A stretch of 51,206 nt of DNA, the filler included, from Basidiobolus ranarum (Eukaryota), in the NCBI GenBank assembly GCA_040143965.1. It is 3 parts of 3 records of this genome, joined end to end, with 100 filler letters (N's around TTAATTAATTAA, not from the genome) between each part and the next. Parts side by side here need not be neighbours in the genome. Positions count along the whole stretch, not along the records: positions 1 to 17,018 come from JASJQH010007193.1; 2 more parts are not named here. The stretch is one strand, 5' to 3'. Below the pieces are notes generated by a model that searched no databases, was not told the DNA's origin, and was given only the letters and a program-made list of their open reading frames with translations. Position 1 is the stretch's first letter. The number at the start of each line of letters is the position of its first letter. The position numbers and the translations under genes are program-made. Shown piece by piece: positions 1 through 12,727 of this stretch.

Positions 1-1139
1 CGTAGCTAAGGAAAGCCATGGCCTTCTATTGCATTCCTTTTTCGGTTTTAATGAAGTTCCATCGATCTACAAAATGACGCTCAACATCCTCAACTGGCGG
101 ACCAGTTATGCATAATGCGATGTCATGCCAAGGCATTCTAGCTACATACTTTCGATTGATCAATTCTTGATAGTATTGTGATACTGAGCAAAGTATGTAT
201 CAGTTATTTGTGCTTTAGAATAGGGCAGCATTTAAAGCTTACCGTTCGCAAAGTCTTTAACTCTAGGGTTAGAATAATCTTGTCCTGGCCAAGTGTTATC
301 TGCGGGATCGTAATGATAATCAGCCAATCGATGAGAGTGGGTATCAAAGCGTCTAATGTAAAACAATCAAAGCCGAGTTATTACTCTCTTCAAACACCTA
401 AATATGCTAGTAGAAAATTAATACCCATAACATAAATCTAAACCACCCAAAAAAGCTATCTTGGTATCGATTAAACATATTTTCTAAAAATCCACAAGCC
501 TAAGATTAATATAGGATACTCTCTCAAAATCAACGAATATGACTCACCTCATGATGCTAGAATCGATTCAGGAATATGTTGAAATATATTGTAATTAGTC
601 TTATATTCATGCATATCAAGATTATATCCATGTCTATGGCAAAGATTGTACATACAGCCCAAAACATAGTTCCACCGGCACCATGGTCAGGATGACGTTG
701 AACTGTAATGTTGGGATGCAAGGCTTGAAGTGTAAATTTGGTGTAATGAGAATCAATAGTCAAGGCCATTGCAACTTCTTTGTACACCATAATATTAATT
801 ATGACGCCCTCCTCGGCTTTTTTTTTAAGAAGGCGATCTAGACGAAATTCTTGATTTTCACTCGGAGGTCGACGAAGGTACTAAAAGTCAAACTGTGGAA
901 TCAACATTTGTTCATGAAGGCACTAGAGGGGATGTAGGTCTCGAGAACAGATATATATATATGAGAGAACTAACCACTTCAGGACTAAGCCACCAATCCA
1001 TGATGAAGATTGTTTCTTTGGCTTTCAAAATTGCTTCGGAGACGGCGTAAAAATAATCTTTACCATCGACGAACCATCTGGCATATGCACCATATCTCTC
1101 AGGCGCAAAAGAAGCATATCTGTTTGCATTCTCACTCAT
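1..1139 (-). CDS. Phospholipase D (PLD1/Spo14 family, no PX/PH domains seen). 5' part only, runs off the window; in-frame TAG at 26-28, so possibly a pseudogene
   Basis: Exons 1139-975, 880-656, 556-548, 483-425, 352-243 and 183-1 splice at GT-AG in frame: [95 protein letters not shown]. First HKD motif is HEKICLID. Confidence 0.92.
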
Positions 1140-3056
1140 TCTGTTGATATCGATACTTTGTGAAGGTAAAAGAAACGAACGCGCACGCTTGTGTAATGGA
1201 CACTAGTTATAGAAATCTTTGAGATCAAAAACTGCCCAAAAAATCACTTGATAAACAATTTTAGTGGCCATTTGCTGCTCTTGATTATAGAAACGTAATA
1301 ACGAATAGAAAGAAAACTCATCGATCCAAGCCGATATGGGTCCTAGTGACATACGTCATTTGGTAAATCATCCAAGATTAATCAAGCCACTATTGTGACT
1401 TGTCAACAACCCAGAAAGCATCTGCATGCAATGAGATGCTTCTATCTCTATCGTTCTCATCCCATCAACCCAATTGTTTGCTAGCGCCATCCTGTTGACA
1501 TATACCCATTTATCACCTTCAGGGCGGTATGGTCCTTTTGGCACACGTAGTAGTGACAGTTCTTGAAGAATAGCGGGCATTCAAATATATAATTGAGCCA
1601 ACCATGACATTCTGCAGCTGCACTGGTTTCCATGTGATTTCCAGGTATGATTCAGCATCGCAATATACATGTACACCCTGAGATACCGGTTACGCCTCAA
1701 AATGAGCGGATTTGCTCCAAGCTGCCTAGATTGGGTGGGTATTTCTGTGTATTGACCTCAATGATACCTGTCATTATCGAGTCTACATTTAGGAATGCTA
1801 CTTATTTAACTTGATTGTGATTTGAATCACTTTCGATTCAGATGATTCTTCATTCGCTGGGGTTCCAAGCTGTCTGGATTTTAAACTCTTCGGCAAGTGA
1901 TTTCGAGAACGCCGTTCTTCTCGTATAGGCTAGTGAAGCTGATGTCACGTGATATCAAGAAGAAGCGACATGCAATACTCTCACTTGAACAAGATTATTG
2001 ATAATTCTCGGCAATGGATGGATTTGTATAAATCCCTTGGTAAGATGATAGTTGATTTTTTTCACTCGTAAAATATATCATTTCTGGACAGTTTTTGTGG
2101 TTAACCTGATTATTATTTGTTTCAAAGTGAGCACAGGATACCTGTAATTCCACAAGTGAGGTGAGAACGGCCACTGGAGACTCATGGAGAGCATTAAGAC
2201 TCATTTCGTAATGAAAGCATGTATATAGCATGCAAGCAGATGTGGAGCTGTAGCGTATATACTGCTGATGAGATCTTACATACTTTGCCCGGAGTTGAGG
2301 GTCGACTATGAAAGTTATCTGACAAGAGCCTCATGGGCGGGTGTTTGATTAATCAATGCCCACCATATCCATACCAAATCGAACCCCGACTTGAGAAATC
2401 GAAATATGCATCATCAAACTTGCCAGGCCATGCAGTATCCCATCGGCATATAATTCCAATTCCATCAGATTTAGATGGAATCTCAATCCCAAAGAATAAC
2501 TGCTCTCATTGGGGATATCCAAGTCTTAAATATAAATATGTATTAGTATTCATGGTCCGTTCTAAAATGCCCATCTTCTCCTGACTGCTTTTGATCAGTA
2601 GCAGTCAATCACAATACTACGAGGATATACTTACGTTCAGACTCTATACATTTGAATTTGTGGTTTCTATTGATTCCCCTAATCTCCTGGAACTAATGCT
2701 CTAGGTCATTCGGACAGGATGGGAGTATTATCGATTAGAGTGACACAAGGAAAAATAGCCAGTCCTTCAGTCTAGCTTCGGAACTCTACTTGATTACATA
2801 ACGTCGGTTCAACACCCCTCTTTGCCTGCTATTCGTCACCTTCTTGAATATCAATCAAAGAAAAGTTCGAATACAGTCTCCCCCATAACGGTTTAAACGT
2901 ATATTTATTATCTGACAGAGCGACTTTATTGGCTCAACTATACTTGTGTTTATATTTGGGGACCAATTCTAAGACCTAGGTTTCCGACTTACTGACTTTC
3001 CAACTAACCTTTCTTTTTAAAACCCTTCAGGTACTATTTAACTAAGCTTACTCGAA

Positions 3057-4661
3057 ATGACCAGCCTTTTACGCCATAATAGAGTACTCCGAAAATCCAC
3101 AGGTCCCTTGCGGTTTTATAAACGTGTATTTACTCGCACTGTTAGTAGCCGTTCGCTACCGTCACTTTCAACACAGCAACATTCCCAACGTACCTTTTCT
3201 ACATACGCCTCATCTCCACGCCGAGCCCCTAAATACCCCAATGAACATCAAGCTGAAAGCAAATCCGACTCCAACTGGTTGATATATCTTTTGGGTGTGA
3301 GCTTGCTAGGCGGAATTGGATGGGCTTATCAACATCACTTTAAGTATCATCATAAACTTGAACAAGAGGAACCAGAGACCGAGGAGGAAGGAGAGGGTCT
3401 GTTATCCTCTACTTTGATAAACAAAAAACTAAGAAAGCACGAAAAAACCGTAGTCACCAAAGCCACCAGAGTGCCCAGGTTCGATACAAACCAATTGGCT
3501 TCTAATTCCCCTATTGAAGATTATCATACAGAGTTATCGAATGACTCAGGAGATGCTTGGTATTTTGGCGTATTTGATGGACACGCTGGGAAGTATTGCT
3601 CACAGAAATTGGCGAACAAATTGGTTCACCAGGTACGCCATAACGTAGAGAGATTGGAAATCAAAAAAGATCAAGATTTGTCTGATCAAATTGGCCAAAC
3701 CATCATAAGAACCTTTGAAAATCTCGATCGAGAGATCGTTTGGGGCTCCTTGGGTGAGATCATAGTAGACACGGAAAAGGCTGTTGAAGCCAGTATTCCT
3801 GCAGAAATCTCCGGAAGCTGTGCTATCGTTGGATACGTAGATACCAGAACCATGGATCTGTACGTTGCTAATACAGGTGACTCGCGTGCAGTGATTGGAA
3901 CTCTTGGTGATGATGGTAAATGGAGCTCATTAGAAATGAGTATTGACCAAGATACATCCAACCGCAAGGAGAGGGAAAGATTGCATAAGGAGCATCCAGG
4001 CGAAGAAAAGACTGTCATATCCAGAGAAAGAGTTCTTGGTTCATTAGGTAAGATATTATTTCAAGACGATGAATAACCCTTACTCGAGACTAACTGACGT
4101 TAAATCTACGGTAGCTCCAACTCGCGCTTTTGGTATGAGTAATTAAAAGGCCAACTTGTATGGAGATAATGAAACTAATATCCAAATATTTTGTATGTAG
4201 GTGACTCGCGATATAAGTGGAATGCTCGCACTCAACTGGCAGTACGTGATAACTTTTTCCCAAGAATGCGAAGTCCCCCTCCACACTACCACACACCTCC
4301 CTATGTTACCGCTACGCCAGAAATTAGACATCGTCGACTTACCTCGCAAGATAAGTTCCTAGTCCTTGCTAGTGACGGATTATATGACATGCTGAGCAAT
4401 GAAGAGATCGTGTTTCTAGTTGGAACTTACTTACGTAAACGTAATTCGGAACCAACCATTCAAGAGCAAAAGAGCCATTCTAGCAAGAAAAGCAAATGGG
4501 CCTATACTGACGAAAATGCAGCCACTCACTTAATACGCAACGCACTTGGTGGCAGCTCTAGGAAGGAGTTGAGCAAGATGTTGTCCGTTGAAGCACCAAG
4601 TTCCAGAAACTTGAGAGATGACATCACAGTGACCGTCATATTTTTTGAAGATTCAGTGTAA
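3057..4661 (+). CDS. PTC5: Mitochondrial PP2C-family phosphatase (pyruvate dehydrogenase phosphatase, Ptc5-like)
   Basis: Exons 3057-4047, 4115-4132 and 4201-4661. Basic N-terminal presequence; motifs SNSPIED, GVFDGHAG, VANTGDSRAV, LAPTRAFGD, TPPYVTATP, LASDGLYD, RDDITV. Confidence 0.9.
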
Positions 4662-5171
4662 AAGTCGATTCTTCAAAGCTCATCCAGCAAAAACACCCCC
4701 ACCCGCACTGTAATTAGAATCACTCGAAGAGCCAGTCGTAATTTATTTTATATTAACGTTTCCATCATTATTCCTATCGATTCTTATTCAATAACAACAT
4801 AAAAGAACCTATTGAACAACGTAATGCGTAAGTTAGAATTACACTTTTGATGTTAACGATGAAATTGCTAGTCATATTTTGCTGACGGCAAAGTAAATCT
4901 ACTTTATTTGTTGTCCTTTGATGCTAAAGGATGCTACACGCAAGGGAGTAGAAAATTCTTAATCAGTATTAACTATCAAAGGAATGCGTACAAATTACAA
5001 ATGTAGAGTCAGGAAATGAATGAATTGGAATGCGAGATCGGTGTGGTATGTTTATATAATATCAGTGTTTTGTTGTAATGGTGACCAAGTTATTTGGCCT
5101 TGAGAATAGATGAAGTTCCCTTTCTTAGTGACAAAATTATTCAGGTTTTCGATGGAGGATGATTGGGAAAT

Positions 5172-5965
5172 TTACATGAACCTTCTTCCACGCAAAAGCT
5201 GCTTCTCGCGAATCATTTCTAGTACGTGAGACATACCTTTGCGACTCTGATGTAAAGGAGATAGAGATTAAATTGGAATGGAATGGGATTACTTGAATAG
5301 GTACTGGAATCTTACTTTTATGGTATTATCGGCAAATTTCTTCATGCCAAAACCTTCAAGCTTTCCTGTTAGACCCCAACCAAGGTTGGAAATAATTCGC
5401 GCCTCTGTGGTAACTTTCGTCCTAATTCAATTAATATCGTTAGAGATATAGGCATTGGAGTGAACCAAGTAAGTTTATGTAACTAGTACCATTGTGCCTG
5501 TTCTGGGTGGGGTTTAAATGTTTGTGTTTCCTCGACTTGCATAATACGGGTATGGTTGAGATTTTTCGTACGGGTTACCATTGTATTATTATGAGGATTG
5601 ATAACTGATTCTTCGATAATGAAAGCCTCGTTATTTTTCATAATCTATTGTTGACATATATTAGCACAGGATTTAGTTGGAAAATAGACAACACAAAACC
5701 TTGGAGCCCCATTTAGGGAGAACACCTTTCTTTAGTAAGATACGAGTAGTATGAAGACAACCTTCTGAATCTACACGTCTGTCCAAAACATCAGCACCTA
5801 AAACATGAGAAGCGAAAGGGTTGGGATAGCGGAGCCAGAAAGCTAAGGAAACATTTTCCCAAGGATGCCTTTATAAAATCAACAATTTAATAAAGGGGCT
5901 AATAAAAGTAAAGCCAATAAAACTACTCACTCGTATGAGAAGGTGTTTTGATATATTTTAACCAT
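5172..5965 (-). CDS. UPS1: PRELI/MSF1-family mitochondrial phosphatidic acid transfer protein (Ups1/PRELID1), 179 aa; absent from the ORF track
   Basis: Exons 5965-5931, 5868-5700, 5644-5490, 5421-5316 and 5246-5172 give MVKIYQNTFSYEHPWENVSLAFWLRYPNPFASHVLGADVLDRRVD..TTRILLKKGVLPKW..IEESVINP..TRTKNLNH..LEGFGMKKF..SRKGMSHVLE. Confidence 0.92.
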
Positions 5966-8067
5966 AAGGCGCTATTCAAGAGCTGGGTGCTAAGAGAAGT
6001 CTCAACCAATTTAGGGTAGAAGCAATTGAGCTTTACTGCCAGTTAAAGGGGAAACGACAGTCTTTGGTTTTAAAAGAGAATATAGTAGGTGAGAAGGTGA
6101 GAACAATCAAATACCAAGTTGATTAAGTAAAGGAAAATAGAGATGTAAGCCACATTACGAAGACGATAGACGCGGAAAAAAAATCGGAATTCCCCCGAAT
6201 ATGGTCGATCGAAGTCTGGAGGCAAGCTAACAGAGCATGTGAATTTCGAGATGAGACATGGAATAAAGATTCCAACAATTTTAACGAGAATCTAGCCCTT
6301 TAAAATTGCATGCCATTATGAAATAAGATATCAAGCTTGAAGTGAATCAATGCGATGCATACAGAGCTGAGATTATCACGAATCGTGACTAACCTTGATA
6401 TGCCACCTCTAAGTCACCTTTGCTTTCATTTTGCAGCCATTAGTGGACTGCTAACCAATGTCCTTAATCATCAAGCTTTATTTCGAAAATGCATCTCAAA
6501 GAGTCCAATCCACGTCGCTAGATCCCCACCCATTTACGAGAAATCGAGCCTTACCTTACTTTGGTCTAGTCACCTGTTTCATCAGTATCATTCAGGAACA
6601 TGCCTGCACTGAGCAGTCTAATTTGTATAGCAATTACGTGTTAGATGAGCCACCTTTTGTCCTCAGCCAAAGCCAATCGAGGTCTAATAAGTTCTCGAAT
6701 GAGCTATGCGCTCAGCGGCAATATGATTGGTTATAATTAGATTGTCACTTGGCTACCGGTCAGGATAGGGAATTAATTTGTATTCTCACTATTGCCATAT
6801 AATTTATGTATGTGCCCATTTGACCTGTTAAGCAATCGTCATAACAACTGTCTCAGGTTATGACTGGATTCGAGCTAACGGATAGTGGCTGCTTGAACTA
6901 CACAATATATCTATTACTGGTTCATATTAGTTACTAGTAGCACTTTACTTATGCCTTTTTTCAATATAGTATAATGAGTTGGTCTAACAAGCTGTCTCTT
7001 AGTGATAAGTAACCAGTATGGTAAAATCACCAAGACACAACTACAAACAGGAATATATGCTGGAGACGTTAGAAATGGAAAATACTTGTGAGGCTGACTA
7101 TTTGCATAGCCAACATTCTCATCAGACATCTCCAGAATATATGCCCAGACTTTCTCATTCTTTCACCGCACAAGGAAAGAACCACAAACTCTAGATTGAT
7201 TTATACTGCCTAATAATGTTTGTGAGAAGCAACCCTGCCACTTTTAGGATTGACGCACCATAGAGGTGGTCCAGGAACTGATGAGCACAAGCAGCATCTG
7301 AAGATGCAACTTCACCTCTCCCAACTCAAGGTATGTAGACCACATGGAGAGTCCATGACCTGATGTTGAAATACCATCAATAGGGTACTAAGCTTGTACT
7401 CACTTTCCTGGCTCTATGTGCATTTGAGCTGAGGAGTGCGTCTCCGTCTGATTTGTGAAAGGTTATTAATGACGCCGATTCTGGAAATTATATATTATCT
7501 GTGCCGCATTGGAAAACTTGGGACTTTGGTACGACTATCGCTTTTGGCTGGTTTGTTAATCCTCTGCAATGAATATCCTCGTGTGACCATGTCTTCATCT
7601 CACATAATCACTGCATAGCTGTAAAACTGACATCATACCTTCGCCAGTTAATGCACTTTCATTAGAGTAAGATATGATTCGTCAATACTGACAGAAGTTT
7701 ATATTTGATAAAGTGAAAATAGAATATGTTGCATTATCGTTCAAAACAACCTTTATGCTTTGTCCAATCATTGACTGCTGTCTAGCATTTATCGCCATAG
7801 ATTTTATACAAATTAATCGCCTTTACATATTGATACCTTATTTCTAATCATATTTCACACCTTGCCGCCATTCTTCCTCGCTCTTACTTTACACGCTTTC
7901 GTTATACCCAAATCACATATTATTCCACTCATTCCACTGAAGGACGTTTCTAATTTCCTGAGCCTCCTTATTGAGACTTCACACTAATAGCCTAGTTCAT
8001 TCTGACTCTTGTACCGATATCATTACTACCAGTCCAACAACTATTTGCTTAGCTTAGATAGCCTCTA

Positions 8068-8929
<862 letters not shown>

Positions 8930-11900
8930 CCTATGATATATTGGCATTCGTGTTTACTTGGTCAAATTATGGGAGAGTTTAATTTTGTTCTCTCGGTGTC
9001 AGTTTTCTCCTTGAACCCTTTACAAATACTTTAGTCAGGTACTTAAGCCCACAAGAATATATATTGTAGTGTTGCTCTTAAATATTGGATCAATCTCAAG
9101 TCTAGTTTGGATCCTTTTATTTTTTTATTGGCTTCCATCTAGATCTTAGATCTGAACATGTTCAAGAATATGTTGTCGTTGAATCATCCCATAAAATAAA
9201 TCATCAAGATACTCTTCACAGCCAATATTTGAAAGTCTACCAAAGTGGATTACAAATAGCTTGGAATGTCAGGATCACAAGAATCGAGAATACCTATCAA
9301 TACCAGTATATATTCACAAGTATGCAACTGAATGCAAGGCTTCTTTTCTCTTGCACTAAATATCAATTCTGTAGACCACTAGAAGGCGTTAGCAATATAC
9401 AGATCTTAATTATCTATTTTGATGAACAAGTACTCAGAATAGTATAGAGATTAAGGATATTTGGTACAAGTGGATTTAAGTCTGTTGGGAGTATAATGAG
9501 TATGGCATATTACAAGAGGCAAATTTGATGGTCAATATCAAGCTAACCCTATAAATAGGTTCTATAGCCAGATTTCAATTCGTAACCCTAAAAGTCATAA
9601 TATTTAGAAGACTTTAGATCAACTAATATTTCAATTCAAGTTCATTTTACAGCTATCTCTGTATCGTTTTCATAGCCATTGCATCGACTTGTTGGTGACA
9701 GAGTTGCGGCTACTTTTCGAATATGAACACCCGATAGATACATCACAAAAGATCTACTGGAGAAGAGAAGTAACTTTGACTATCCATTTATCTCGAGTAA
9801 GAAATGGTGTCACCTTAGCCTGAAGCTACTATGGAAGGTTGAGTCGAAGTCATAATTTTGGTCGAAAGTGAAGGCGAACTGAATCCCCCAAAGACAAGCA
9901 TATACTACCGAGTACATGATCCTGTTCGGCACCTGCGGATCAAATGCCATTGAATAGTATGTACTTCAATCAACTATGATCAATATACATAGATCTGGTA
10001 ATGGGCATTAAAGAACGCATACACTCAAAGAAACAAGGCACTTTGCTAAGTCAAGACACAAGTCCGTGAATAAACGCACGAATTTTACTCACCTGGAAAG
10101 ACTCAAATGATCACCAACAAAATAGAGTGGATTTCTGAAAATTCCGCGGCCCCTCCCCCAAAATGTTCAAGACTTCGGACTTTTTTAACGATCGGATTCC
10201 ATCAGGTCAAATGGAGAAGTACCATCATTATCGGGTTCCATGAACCGTCTTCTATCTTCAGGATATTTAAATTCTGGCTACTCCTCTTGGGAAGATAACC
10301 CATTGACGATCCACTAATCGTAGAATTTAATATATGAGCTGAGGTAGGTCAATGGATCTCTTCTGATTTGTTTACTGATCGATTCATAATTAGACTTTGA
10401 TGGGAAAATATTCTCATTCGCTGGCTTAATAAATGAAATTCTCTTCTTGATTATCATGTGAACACAAGTAAATGTGAAGCGATTCTTTTTTGCTCCGTGG
10501 GCTTTACTGCATCAAGCGATGTGGCCAGACGTCTGAGCAATGCAAGCCAGGAATGGCATGTTTACCAAGTACATTAGAAGTAAGTGCGATGTGGACCGGA
10601 GTGAATGTAGCTAACGATAGTCAGTTGCGTCCCCAGTAGACAGATCTTTATCAGAGCGAGAAGATATCTAAATGAAAGGGTTATCAGCTTTCCAAATGGA
10701 AGAGTAAGCCGGAGCTGAGTACCTCCCCAGTCCCTCAGTGATAGAGTGCTCTTCAGGGTAATAGACATGGACTGGCAGTCGATGGAGAATCGTGGACGTT
10801 ATGCACTAACCGAGTGCGTGATGCACCATGTTTACCCATGATCACAAATGAATCCCACAACCTCGTAGCTGGGGGATCTGATTGGCTGCCACCAAAAATG
10901 ATTCAAAGAGAAACGCCAAATATGAGGTCATTTTTTGTCAAGATAGTGGAGATTCGGGTACCCCTGGTTTTCAGTAGAATTAGGGATCAATGGAGCAGAA
11001 ATGGATGTTGATTTGATACTCCAGTGGATATGGAAGCTACAGACATGACTGCTATTATGGTGCACCGCTGGATTACGCTTTGAGAAACCTGATTGGTGGT
11101 TGGATTCTAGATGCAATGATCCAAAAATACTCCCAACCCAACAAGCACCCAACAAGCAGTTCGAGATTAGCTGTGTTCAAAAATAGAAGGCTAATTTCCG
11201 ATCGTATTAGTCCAGAATCAGCTCAGAAATATACCAGGATAAGGTCACTCAATAGTCAAATTCCTGCACTAACCAATATGGATGGTTCTACCAGACGTTG
11301 CAATAAGAAGGTCTTCCAGCACCAAGATGGCACAATCGATCAAGCTAAACAATCGGATCGAACTCACAGTAAAGGTGATTGGGCGAGAGATTGGAATGGT
11401 GGAAGACTCTCTAGCGACAACACCTAAATATATTCAGACCAAGCTTGCATTCCAGTTACAAATAAATGCCATCATACATATTGATTGAGTCTATCGACAA
11501 TTGCTGCTTTGATTGCATATCGCATAAGCTAATTTACTTAAGCCACCTTATTAGTTTGGGACACTGATGCTATTAAAATTGCCTTCGCTCATTGGCAATG
11601 CTATGTACAACATTATCTTTATGCCTGCTCGACACGGGTGGGACTCATTGGCATATACGCGCACTTGCAGGCCATTCGGGATTGATCTCGAGCTACTTAG
11701 TAGCCATTTAACTTGCCAATCCTCGCCAATAGCCTTCACTTGGATCTTATTTGTTGGAAGTCTTGCTGCACGGCTCTCCCTGCTGTCCACAGCAATGTCA
11801 CTTGAAGTGAATCTCGTATCTGAGCGGAGTTCTGCCAATGAAACCTTATGGGCAGTGAGTGACAATATAATTGCTTGATTGACGCCTCTCAGCATCAACG

Positions 11901-12727
11901 TGAATGACACGGATATGCGGTGATTGGTGTTTTTGTAGACGGACGTGTGTCGGAATTTGCGGATCAACCACTGTAAGTGTCTCCCTACTATCTTCGCGAA
12001 TAGCAGTGGTCTTCCTAGTAGTGTCATGGAACCTCCCTTTCGAGCCGTGCTTTCTCCTAATCAGAAGCATTCTCCACTGCTAACCACCAAGCCCTGCAAC
12101 ACTCCATCATCGTAGCTCAGACTCGGATGGGTTGGTGAGCGCCGGTGTACATGGGTTAGCAATACGGGCCTTGGTTCATCATTTCCCCATAATTTCGTGT
12201 TCGGCAGAATAGGGTAGAGACCAGATGATCAAACGACCGGATTTCTCTGTACTCCAACAGCAGATCAGTTATGATTCTTCAATCCATAAGCAAATGGGCA
12301 GAGATTGATAAATTCATTCATTCGGAGGATAGTGACTTTTTTCCCAAATCAAGAAGATGGTCAATATTAAAAAATCGGTAAGTTCCTGTTCTAAACGGTA
12401 ATCGATTGGCTTAATCTTCCAAAAGAAAACACGTAAATGGTTGGCGTAGCATATTTGATTAAACTTATCCGAGTAAACCTATACAGGAACAGGGAAAAAA
12501 AAACTTCTCTGGATTCGATTCGAGACTGTGACAACCTCTGAATACTTAATTGGATTGAAAGTCGCATTTTTAGATGATGGCTTTCGATCTCCTTGATTTA
12601 TAAACAAGTCAATTGTCTCGCCTTTGGAGTAATTCCTTGATTGTAACACACATCAAGCCATCTTTCAGTCCATAGAGGTGGTGAAATTCCTGTGCAGAAC
12701 CGCGTGTTTAATCAACGTTAATCCTCG

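Noticed and set aside
7055-7140. Imperfect inverted repeat (ATATGCTGGAGACGT ... ACATCTCCAGAATAT)
   Set aside because: Short and mismatched, with no TSD or second copy; not enough to call a MITE or ncRNA.
10574-12070. Cluster of 60-160 aa ORFs on both strands
   Set aside because: No recognisable domain, splice pattern or transposon/viral motif; consistent with chance ORFs.
12104-12180. GTAGCTCAG resembling a tRNA A-box
   Set aside because: No TTCGA T-loop and no cloverleaf could be built.
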